A stretch of 64,000 nt of DNA, from NCBI GenBank assembly GCA_040954595.2, contig CM082582.2, positions 3,642,303 through 3,706,302 of the forward strand, written 5' to 3'. This document shows, piece after piece, positions 50,494 to 62,100 of the stretch. Each line of letters starts with the position of its first letter. Within the stretch, counting starts at the first letter, position 1. Source of the DNA: Balanoglossus misakiensis. Taxonomy: Eukaryota > Animalia > Hemichordata. The translations under genes and the position numbers were made by a program. The notes under the pieces are model-generated. The model worked only from the letters and a program-made list of their open reading frames with translations, was not told where the DNA came from and did not search any database.

Positions 50494-51900
50494 CCTCCAC
50501 CACAGCCCTGCAAGGCGCCATAGAAAAAACTGGTGCTTCTGCGGTCCGGATCCGGACCGCAGCTTTTTCGGCCGAAATTCGATGTTATCGAAGCAAAATC
50601 CTTTCCCTGTCTACTTCTGCCCCCTAACCGACTCCAAATATGATGCGATTAACTTGTCCTAACGTCCGAACCACTCGCTTTCTAAAACTTTTTTGTTTAC
50701 CCATGGAGATAAACTCGCTGTAAGCCTTATATTAGCTCTGCGTACAGGTCTGTGTGTTCCCGGCGTTACACGGCCTCCACCACAGCCCTGCAAGGCGCCA
50801 TAGAAAAAACTGGTGCTTCTGCGGTCCGGATCCGGACCGCAGCTTTTTCGGCCGAAATTCGATGTATCGAAGCAAAATCCTTTCCCTGTCTACTTCTGCC
50901 CCCTAACCGACTCCAAATATGATGCGATTAACTTGTCCTAACGTCCGAACCACTCGCTTTCTAAAACTTTTTTGTTTACCCATGGAGATAAACTCGCTGT
51001 AAGCCTTATATTAGCTCTGCGTACAGGTCTGTGTGTTCCCGGCGTTACACGGCCTCCACCACAGCCCTGCAAGGCGCCATAGAAAAAACTGGTGCTTCTG
51101 CGGTCCGGATCCGGACCGCAGCTTTTTCGGCCGAAATTCGATGTTTAATATCGAAGCAAAATCCTTTCCCTGTCTACTTCTGCCCCCTAACCGACTCCAA
51201 ATATGATGCGATTAACTTGTCCTAACGTCCGAACCACTCGCTTTCTAAAACTTTTTTGTTTACCCATGGAGATAAACTCGCTGTAAGCCTTATATTAGCT
51301 CTGCGTACAGGTCTGTGTGTTCCCGGCGTTACACGGCCTCCACCACAGCCCTGCAAGGCGCCATAGAAAAAACTGGTGCTTCTGCGGTCCGGATCCGGAC
51401 CGCAGCTTTTTCGGCCGAAATTCGATGTTTAATATCGAAGCAAAATCCTTTCCCTGTCTACTTCTGCCCCCTAACCGACTCCAAATATGATGCGATTAAC
51501 TTGTCCTAACGTCCGAACCACTCGCTTTCTAAAACTTTTTTGTTTACCCATGGAGATAAACTCGCTGTAAGCCTTATATTAGCTCTGCGTACAGGTCTGT
51601 GTGTTCCCGGCGTTACACGGCCTCCACCACAGCCCTGCAAGGCGCCATAGAAAAAACTGGTGCTTCTGCGGTCCGGATCCGGACCGCAGCTTTTTCGGCC
51701 GAAATTCGATGTTATCGAAGCAAAATCCTTTCCCTGTCTACTTCTGCCCCCTAACCGACTCCAAATATGATGCGATTAACTTGTCCTAACGTCCGAACCA
51801 CTCGCTTTCTAAAACTTTTTTGTTTACCCATGGAGATAAACTCGCTGTAAGCCTTATATTAGCTCTGCGTACAGGTCTGTGTGTTCCCGGCGTTACACGG
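50494..51900 (+). repeat. Tandem array, 5 units of 279-284 bp
   Basis: Units start at 50494, 50774, 51053, 51337, 51621; they differ only at CGATG(T/TT/TTTAAT)ATCG; each ends with a TIR copy. Confidence 0.95.
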
Positions 51901-54556
51901 CCTCCACCGTGGTGGAGGCCGTGTAACGCCGGGAACACACAGACCTGTACGCAGAGCTAGTGGAACCCATAATGGGGACTTTGAGCTCAGGATCTGTCCG
52001 TCTCCCTGTCTTGTTATGTTATACCCTTGGAGCATGCTTGCATTAATTTCTTTGATAGGTCAGAGGAGCAAATATGAGTTACCGGTATGTGGTGAAAAAA
52101 AAGAAATCATTAAGTTGGCTAGGGTGACTACTAGTATATGCATTACAAACGCCACTGTGGGCACGCTTCCATACAGAAATACAAAAACTATAGGTTGGTT
52201 GAACCATGAAAAATAAAATGTAAAAGCCAACACCTATGGACAATGACATTCAAAGTTGTGACACTGAAATTTAGACTGGTATCACAAAGAAATGCTACTT
52301 GTTTTGGATACAAATGACATACATGTACATGCATTGATCACTAATTGGTCAAGTATGACATTGATGTTTGAGACATAATGAATATTATCATTGTGCACAA
52401 GCTGATTATTGAAGTCCCCTCTGCAACGCAAACATTTGACCCAATGAATGTCCTTGGAGACACTGATAAAGGGATACAATAAATAAGTTTCAAGTACCTT
52501 TGTCTCCACTCGATGTACACCGGCATTGATAACAATGTAGGTCTGTGGTACCAATAGCAGGCCTTTAACCTTTTAACCACATTGATTTTGCCCAAGTCCC
52601 ATTGTTTTCTATGCTCAAGTTGGACCTCTATGCAAGGAAATGGGGTGAGGCAACACATAATTTGTTGCTCACGTATAAAAGGTGCAGTCACCAATGCTGA
52701 AGCTAATGAGTGGCACAGAACGCACCAAACGGTTGACATAGTTAGTTGACTTTTTTTATTTAGAATACAGGTACATGTACAATTTTCCCAACAATACAAT
52801 AAAAACATCAAATTTCACGAACTGGAGGAATATTATCTACAAATGTAAAACCATACATACAACCGTTATTTGTAGTCAAAGTTCTAGAATGCATGCTATG
52901 TTTTTCATAATCAACAACTACTGTATACTTAACAATTATAAAATAGGTTGAATATAATAAAACTGCATTCAAATGCATTCAGAATGTTAACAGAACAGTA
53001 TGGTTTGCTAAAGAATGATTTATTTTTGTTTGAAATGTGCAACACAAATCCAGTCTGATTTCTACATTATTACCGGTAAACAAAATGTCAGTCTGTTTTA
53101 ACATTCTATATATGATATGAAGATAATATTAACACCTAAAGATTTTGATGATAATAACATTATGAAAATGTATCATATGTTGAAAACAATTATTTTGATT
53201 GTGTTTATAACTGATCATGAGTGAGACTGAAATTGTCATTTGTTTAATTTTGACAAAATCATGACACCATTAATTTAAAGTGGTATTATAAATCGCCCTT
53301 TCTTTTGCTCTAAATACAGGTTGGAATTGCTCAAAACTATTTTGATATGCACACACCATCCTCATGCCATGAAATTGCTATAAAGGGTGCAAGATTTTTT
53401 TCTAGCTTGACTCTGGTATTAGATATTGAATAATTTTTGAAAATAATAAACAGTCTCTATTTTTCCATACAATGAGGATGAGGAAATACAACTGTATGTA
53501 GTAAAATGCCGGGGTACAATTAATATCATGCAGATCCTTACAAATGTTCTGAGTGCATGCATTTGTAAAGCAATTTTTCCCAATGAGGAACATTTGGATG
53601 TGGAATGCACCTTAAAGTGTCGCTGTTTCGAGATATGAGTTCTCTAAATTTTCGTTGTCGTGCCTTTACCAAAATTATTTATTACCCAGGGACTGATGCA
53701 CAATAAATAAGCCTCTCACTCAAGAAGTAAAGGTCCCAACATCACAGCCACAAATGTCCAGTTTCACTTTGAAAAACAAATATGATTGCCAAGTGTTTAT
53801 CTTGACAAAAAAATTCTTTACAACAACAAAAATGGAAAGTACAATGTATTAGCATTTCTACTTACGACGTGGTCTGGGTCAAAGCTTGCATGCAGATTCC
53901 TAGATATGTAGCACGACTGTGATATGTCACAACAAACTACAAACAAAAACTGGATATATGTACTTACAAAAATGTCCACTTCGTATAATTCAAAATGGCA
54001 ATGTATTGTACATATGTATAATTACAGGACCGTAGAATCGAGGATGACTGTTTTATATTTTTAGTTTCTCGTCGCAAGCTGAAGTGAAAGTAAAATAGTC
54101 ATAAAAACATCAACATTTTACAGTAAATCAAACGAAATTATGCTTTACTGTTAAAAAAAGAAGAAGAACCAATTGTGATACAATAGGTGTTCAGAGTGTA
54201 CAATCGTTTGCATGGCCAATTTCCTTAGCATGAGGTCAATTTTGTTATGGTATGCGCGTTTTGTATTTCAAGACTACAAAATTTTTATATTCTGATTATT
54301 CATTGTTTTTAAGTACCGGGGTAGTTCAAATGCATTTTAATGTGGATGACTCAGCAAATGTTGGTATTTCAATTCGGTATTACCGGTATCATTACTGTAA
54401 GTCGTGTATTATGTTATAGATGTAGACAAAGGCAGGCGATACGATCGCTTCGCGATGGTCGCGATGGGGCTGCAGTAACTGTATGTACCATCGCGACCAG
54501 CCCCATCGCGAAGCGATCGTGCCAAGTACCTGTGGTCCTCCCCATACGTTGTGGAA

Positions 54557-54567
54557 GGGGATTCCCC
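54557..54567. promoter_or_regulatory. kappaB-type site GGGGATTCCCC
   Basis: Matches the GGGRNWYYCC consensus; lies directly left of the Harbinger-like insertion. Confidence 0.45.
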
Positions 54568-54584
54568 AGCGAGTTGATAGCTAA

Positions 54585-55747
54585 GGGACCGTTCAGTTTT
54601 TACGGCAGGGGGGGGGGGCGGCAAGTTTGTGTCATCGGTTCTCAAAATCAGGCCGACCCCCCCTTCACCCAGGACCAAAAAATGATGACCCCCCCCCTTT
54701 GACAGACCCAAAAATATGATGACCCCCCCCCCCCCCACGCCGAAAACATTCGCCGTCCTGATCCTATGTACACTGTATGCAATAAAGGGAATGAGGCTCC
54801 TGACACCCCAATTATAAATTTCTTAAAGTATTATTGAAGTATATAATAGTATATCGTTGCAATAAAGAAATCTATGAACAAATTAAAAGGACAAGTCAAT
54901 ACAATAGTTGCTAGAATCGGTAAAACAAGAAAAGTGCTGGGGGCGGGTGTGGGAGGGGTGTCCCCCTCCCACATAAGAAAATTTTGTAAAATATGGTGCT
55001 CAAAGTTGCAATTTAATGAACTCAAAAGCAAATTAACTCAATGTTAGGTAGGACAAATTTTAATTTTGCCACTCCACTAAGTAAGCATCGGGGATGGGGT
55101 GGCAAGAAGTCTTCCCTGGTAAACTAGACAAACCAGTGAAGAAATGCAATGTGGCGAAGAATGGAGGGGGTGGGTGTGGAAAGAAGAAAATTTTGTAAAA
55201 TATGTAGCGCAAAGTTACATTTTAATGAACTCAAAAGCAAATTATCTCAATGTTTGGGAAGACCAATTTTACTTTTTGCCACTCCACTCAAAGTTAGAAG
55301 ATTTGGCGTCATCTTCGTCATGACATCATTTATAAAACTTCTAGTATATAGAAGATGCAGCGCGAAACTATCAGTTATGCAAAATGGTTTAAACAATTAT
55401 TCTCCTTTATGTATTCACTTTGTTAAATATTATCATCGGTGGGGTAAGGGGTTGGGGTGGCAAGCACTCTGCCCTGGTACCAAAAATGCAATGTGGCGGA
55501 GAATGTAGGGGGTGGGTGTGGGAGGGGGTGTCCCCCTCCCACATTAGAAAATTTTGTAAAATAAAGGGCGCGAAACTGCAATTTTGTGGACTCAAAAGCA
55601 AAAGTTTGGTGGAAAAAGTATGTGACCCCCCCCTAAACGTTTAAAAAAAAACAGATGACCCCCCCCCTTGTGGACTTCAAAATTTAAGTGACCCCCCCCC
55701 CCCCTGGATTTTGCTGGCCCCCCCGGCCGTAAAAACTGAACGGTCCC
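54585..55747. mobile_element. 1163-bp non-autonomous PIF/Harbinger element, TAA TSD
   Basis: TIR GGGACCGTTCAGTTTTTACGGC; TAA at 54582-84 and 55748-50; three internal diverged direct repeats (~54936, ~55167, ~55505). Confidence 0.88.
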
Positions 55748-55750
55748 TAA

Positions 55751-55810
55751 TGATGACGTAGGAGCGATGAGGACCCAATCAGAATTTGCGACACCTTGGG
55801 ATTCCCCGAA
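55751..55810 (+). promoter_or_regulatory. Proximal promoter motifs of the RRM gene: CRE-like TGACGTA, CCAAT, kappaB site GGGATTCCCC (55798-55807)
   Basis: Motif matches within 160 bp upstream of ATG 55907. Confidence 0.5.
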
Positions 55811-55906
55811 AGACAAATTTGGGGGCGGGGACATGGTGATGGTGCTGATATTACTGTTGACCAGACATTCGCATTCGGCAGACGGCGTCACAACTGGCCA
55901 GATACT

Positions 55907-56102
55907 ATGGCGGAAAGTGTGAAGTCTGTACTTGTTCAAGGTATTCCAGAGCATATAGACAACTCCACAGCAGTTGAGCAACTCACGATACACTTCCAAA
56001 AACACGTCATCTCTGGCAGGGATGCAGAAGTAGACGCCGTTCATCTCGTCCAGTTACCGCCCAACCAAAGAGCGTTTGTAGTTGTTTTCGGGAATGGAGA
56101 AG
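55907..56102 (+). CDS. RRM gene exon 1 (MAESVKSVLVQGIP...LTIHFQK...VVVFGNGE)
   Basis: ACT-ATG-G start, G|gtaggc donor, phase 1; V.V.GIP...L.IHFQK RRM/NID-type motif. Confidence 0.8.
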
Positions 56103-59100
56103 GTAGGCCTATCAGACATTTCAGATAGTTTCACTTTAGTTTGACACCAGTGATTTCAGTCTTTTTCCAGCCGACTTTCTTACACACAGTGCCGCCTGAT
56201 CAACATTGCCCGGACGATTGTCGGGACTATGTCAGAAACATGCATCCAGCGCCAGAACGACCGCGTCAGGTCGTTCATGTATTCGCAGACACTGACGACA
56301 TTCACAAAGTCACTTTCGCTCATGTAGCTGCAGCCTAGAGCTACGTTTTACTTTAAAGATGCACGTTTCATTCACAACATGAAGTTGTCTTTTTTGTGTG
56401 GAGTGGATGTGTAATTATTTGACCTTTGTTTTTCCATTTAAAGTTGTAACGCCTTTTTGGCTGGTGTTTTCATCCACTCGTGCGGCAAGTCTGTGTGTTT
56501 CTGTGTTATTTAAATCATAAATGGAAAACGAAAGAAGCAATTAAAACATTGAAGACATCAACGCCTTTGTAATCAAACGCACAAAAAGGATTTTAAGGAA
56601 AATAAATTGTCAAATAAAGCATTTGATGTGAGTTCACTAAAACAAAGCAGAAATGTTTCCAGTACTAAACCGGACCTGCCCTATTGTTTTTGCTGGGGTT
56701 TTTCTTCTACTGTCTTCTTCTATTGGTATTACTGGGGTTTTTCTTCTTTTTTTCTTGTGTATTTTTTTCGGCCAATAGGATCTTGAAAACGGCTGAACCT
56801 ACAAATTTCAAACTTGGTCTATTTTGAGAAGAAGACTATTAAATAATTTTTTTCATATTTTGGTCCAAGCCATAGGCCATAGGCGCTATGTCCACGTCTG
56901 TGCAATGGTCCTGTACAGTGACAGTCTATTGGCCGTGAGCAGAATGGGACCACAATAAAAGGCAAAATTTTGGGCTCACCTGTAACACCTGCTTAACTCA
57001 TTAATTATGTGCATACCTAATTCCGGGCTAACTATTAGGGCTAGAGGTTTTGTTCTTGTGGGACATGGACCAGTATGGGGTCAAAAAAATTTGCCCAAAT
57101 TTTGGGTGACCTCAGGTGACCTTTGACCTACTTTCCTATATCTCGGCATCCAGAGCAGGTACAGACTTGGCGTTTGCAGGGTTGAGACTAAAATTGAAAA
57201 GCCAAAAATTGGGGGTCACCTGTGACACCTGCTTATCTTATTAATTATGTACATACCTAATTCCAGGCTAAGCAATATGACCTTTGACCGTTGGCTTAAG
57301 CTTGGGTCCGTCATCGCAGCTTGCAGCTCTATTTCTTTTCTGTATTACCTTACAGAATCAGTCAATGCTGTTCTCCAAAAGAAGCAAATTGTTCATAATG
57401 TTGACTTTGATGGCAATTTGGTCCAACTGTCAGTTACTGCATGTCCCCTGAATATTGAAGCTGGTGTTCTGCCCTCTTCAACAAGATTAAACATGGGTGA
57501 GGATTTCAACAATCCAAAACAGGTAAATTTAAAACATATTAATGACACAAATATAGATTTATTGTATTTTTCAATGGCTTGAAGCGTACAAGCTAGTGTA
57601 TAGAGTAAAACCTCTGTTTACTTGTTGACTTTGTTGGCATATGGAAATGCCATTATGATTTACAAAAAATATGACAATAAGCTAAAGATATGAAAATCAT
57701 GATTAGACTATTTGGACTAGTAGCTTGTATGATTACATTTGAAACAGATTATTACTTCGAATTTTTTCTAATAGTGAGATTGAAACTCAAATAAAGTGAA
57801 AATGAAAATGTTGGTTAACATTAAGTGGCAATTCACCGAACTGCACAATGCATTGGTGTTTCGGAGAATTCCTGTGGACTAAAGTTCATCTGAAACAATA
57901 GTGTTTGTAAGGTAGGGGTTGTGACCTAGACCGACCTAAAATACCTGTCTGATCCAAAATTTACATATGCTCATGAATATATGGCACATCTGAGTGTTCT
58001 AAGGAACGTCTGGTGGCGCTCTTTTTTTGCATGTGCCACCCACTGAAAATTTATTATGGCTAAATCATAATTTCCCATTGTAACTGCAGCTAAATATTTG
58101 CATAGGTGACTGTGTACCTTCAACTGAATACAAAGGATATGTCACTTACAGGTAAAAAAAATCTGTATCTAGAATGTGAGAAAGATTTGCTATTAACCCA
58201 GAGAAGAATTCTTCAAATCTGACAATCCATATGTGTGTTTGTGATTATTTGGACTTTTTCACAGGATTCCCTTCTTGATGACAGTACTACTGAAGAGGGT
58301 GAAAATAGGACCAATTTTGTACCAGACGAGACTGTGAAATATCCAAACATCCAAGAGGGTACTCCAGACAGTGAGCAGAGTGCGAGGTATCCTCCTGCTC
58401 AATTTTCAGCAGAGAACTATGGTTTCTACAATACCAGTGGAAGAGATTTTCCTGCAGACTCAAGCGCCCGGTCCTCTATGGCATATCCTCAGCAAGGTAT
58501 GCCTCTGCAAGATCCCAATGTATCAGCAAATATGGGATCAGATCAGCCATGGAACACTCCACCTAGGAGTAACACCCCTAACATGCCTCAGGCTGTTCCG
58601 GGTGGAGTAGTTCATCAAAAATCACCATATTCAAAAGGGCAGCAATATTATCAATCGCAGAAGTGATCAAAGACACCACCCACTTAGAGCCAACTTGTTG
58701 ATTCTTTGTTTCAGTCACGGAAAGAGTTCTTGGTTGTGATCTTGTCTTGGATGGTGTTCACCTAACAGTGAGGCAGCCGAAGATTTCTGATACAGATGAA
58801 GGTCAGTGGTACAGATACCATATGTCAGTGTTTTGCTTTTTTTGTTAGAACGTGGTAGCGATCATGTCTTAACCGTGGTCAAGGAATGTGACTGATCAGA
58901 TGTACCGGGTACATGTATGTTCTAATAATGACGACTATGTTTGATATATTAATTAATGTATCATGTGAAGTGAGTTAAGTCTTTTCACTGATGATCACAA
59001 TATGTCACAAAACATGGTCATAAAGACCAATTCACTCATTGTTCATTTGAATAATGTTATAATATGTGACCATGATGCATAATTGACCATCAGTGATACA

Positions 59101-62100
59101 GTTCCAAATTTGTTGATTTTACATGTTCCTGGTTTGAAATGATGAAAACAAATCAATGTTGTTTTGGGACATGAATGTTTTTCTTCATGACCATGCTTGA
59201 CCATAATCACTGATCAGACATGATGTTATGACTCTCGTGTAGCTCAATGACTTTATGGTCCACAAGTTTTTCTACCTTCACAGTTAACCTGATTAGCAGA
59301 GTCAGCAATCTCTTCCAAAACAGAGATCTTATGTGTATTTGACAGTTAAAATGTGCAGTATCATTTGTACTCAAATGCTTCAGTGCAATTTTTTCATTCT
59401 CAGATACCATTCAGGTTGATCCTTGTAAATTGGAAGTCACCGGATTTAAGGAAGGAACTTCTCAGGAAATTGTGGAGATGTACTTTGAGAGCAGGAACAG
59501 ATCTGGTGGAGGAACACTTGTAAAATGTGAAATGAAAGATGATGAAACTTATATCATTACATATGAAAGTCCAGAAGGTGAGATTATTTACCTGTTCAAG
59601 TAGTGACACTGCAATCCCAAAATTATATTTACTGAAAATCCCAAAATAAGATGGAAAAATTGGTGCAAGTGCTTGCCTTAATTCATCACATCACCTTGGG
59701 TAACGCTCTCTGTTGCTATTACAGGCTAGGATATGACATTGTATGTGACCCATATACATGTCTTCTTTTGTTTTTAACACTTTCGCTGCGGGAGGGCGTT
59801 TTCTGCGCCGGCAGTCAGAATGCGGGAGGCGCATAAATGCGCCAAGATCGCGTCCGTTACTTGGTCTGTTCTATTTTATGTTCGTTGCTTATTTACTCAT
59901 TTTGTATGACTATATATAGGACAGGGGTCAACCCTAATTATAACACACCATGCAGCGATTCGTCAATACGACGTCACGTGACCTTAGTCATTTCGAACTG
60001 TTTCCTAGGGCATCAGTTCGATCGGTTTCTGCCCGGTACTGTTGCCTGGATGTGGTGTGTGTCGTGTTTGGTGTGTTATAAAACACATGATGACTGACAT
60101 ATTCGGGCAACAGTGTATTTTTAATGACCTTGGGACTGCCAGTCACACCAAAACAGTCTGTTTTCCCTCGGGCTATGCCCTCGGGAAAACAAGACTGGTT
60201 TAGTTGTGACTAGCAGCACCCTCGGTCATCAAAATACACTGTTGCCCTCATTGTCAGTCATCATGTGTATATTGAGCATGCGCATATGTATTGTAAACAA
60301 TCAAGTCGATTTTGTCATCAAAGGGTTTCCTTATACAGCTGATTTTAGGTCGCCCCGATCATATTTTTTCATTCACTTAGTATTTAAAAATGGCGACACG
60401 GGCAAAGTTTGATGCCGACGAAGTTCTTGAACAAGTCTTTCAGGATAGTGACAGCGATCATAGCGATAGCGGAAGCCAAATTACGGACAACAACATCATA
60501 GAACCAGAAATAGAAGCCAGACACGGAGACAACAGAGTAGAGACAGAGAGAGAGGGAGGGTTTTTGTCATGTTCTCGGACGTCGTAACGTTAATGGTGAC
60601 ACGCGGTGGGTTTTGTATGACGTAAATGACAATTACACACCGGACTGGTTGTCTGTATACGATCATCGCTAAGGTTTATTAGTTGACACTGATGACTTTG
60701 CACCGGTTGACTTTTTTCAGCTGTTCTTTCCTGGTGATGTGTTTGAGTTGATGTCATTGTCAGAGCAAACTGATATGTACACCGCACAATTTTTTGACAA
60801 CCCTGCAATTGATGAGTTGCCCTTCCGGTCAAGACTCGCCAGATGCCTACTTCACTGAATTAAATAAAGGCGTAGGTTTCTTTGCAAATCTTGATGGGAC
60901 TTTGCCAGAAGTCTATGTTGTCAGAGTATTATATCCATTTGAAATGAATTGCCAAAACAGTACTATGCTAATGAATTTTTTTAAATGTGTATATATTCAT
61001 ATTTACCAACCTTGATTTCTTCAACTTGCAATTCATTAAAACGTAGAGTATTTAATAAATTACTTAATTAATTTATTTTATTATTATTATTTATTTACAA
61101 ATTCAATCATTCACCTTTTCACTAATAAACTCTATTTCTTTCTCAGATTTTAAACATGTATACATGTAAATGGTGGGCATGATTTGATAATTGTTTTTAT
61201 GGTCCATTAATAAATTTGATCAAATTTCTTGCTCAAAAGTCACTTGTTATTCCCTTTTATACAGGGGGAAGTTGTTTTTGACTATTTTTATCTGTCAGCT
61301 GTGATACAATGAATTAAATACAGTATTTCAGTCACTTATATTACAATATCTGTTGTTTTTACCATATTTCGATAGAAATCCATTATGGCCGCCAGTGTCA
61401 CATGACCAATTAATGGTCATGTGACCATTTTTCAGTTTTATTATGTTGGTTGTCTTATAAAATATACTTGCTGGAAATATCATTGCATATACTTTCATAT
61501 TACAAGAGATAGAGATGGTAAAGTAAAACATTGTTTATTAGTTAAATTTACCATAGGAAACTACGCACAGGAATACATTAGCATATATTAACTACGCAGT
61601 GAAAGTGTTAAATTGATTAATTTCCTCACTTTTTCTGCATTTTAAAAAATCACTTAGAAATCTTATGTCATCTGTATACATATATTGGTAGTTTCCAAAG
61701 TTGCCACCTGGTAGTTATTAAGACAACTTGACGTAAACCTGCCACTGATAAAATGGATTCTTACATGTACTCAGAATTATTTGTTCATTTTCTAAGTTTG
61801 TTTAATGCAGCAATGTGGTAACTAGTCAGCTAAAATTTAAAACAGATCAAATGATATGATAATATTGAAACTGTAAATGGTGGTGATGTGTGTTTAAGAA
61901 AAAAGATGTATTTGATCTATAGTAGCAAGTAGTGAGTAAAAATAACATTTCTCATGAATAGCTTTGGTAGAATTTAAATCTGTTCATTATTTTCAATATT
62001 CTCTATTCCCCATCTTCTAGTGGCAGAATGTGTTCTTAGTCAAGAAAAGCATGTTTTGGAAGGGAGACCATTAATAGTGAAACAATTCCAACCAACAAGG

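Larger units (their letters stand above)
49371..51959. mobile_element. 2589-bp composite TAG...CTA element with 9-bp TSD GTGGAACCC (AcademH-like termini)
   Basis: 40-bp TIR TAGCTCTGCGTACAGGTCTGTGTGTTCCCGGCGTTACACG at 49371 and inverted ending at 51959; TSD at 49362-70 and 51960-68. Confidence 0.9.

Noticed and set aside
50494-51900. CRISPR-like repeat/spacer array
   Set aside because: The units are near-identical with no unique spacers, ~280 bp long, with no cas genes, in a eukaryotic context.
51031-52216. Repeated 62-111 aa ORFs in the tandem array
   Set aside because: Frames shift with the unit indels, starts are non-ATG, and no domain is recognisable.
54441-54520. Imperfect hairpin ACGATCGCTTCGCGATGG...CCATCGCGAAGCGATCGT as a pre-miRNA
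   Set aside because: Looks like a collapsed MITE; no expression evidence.
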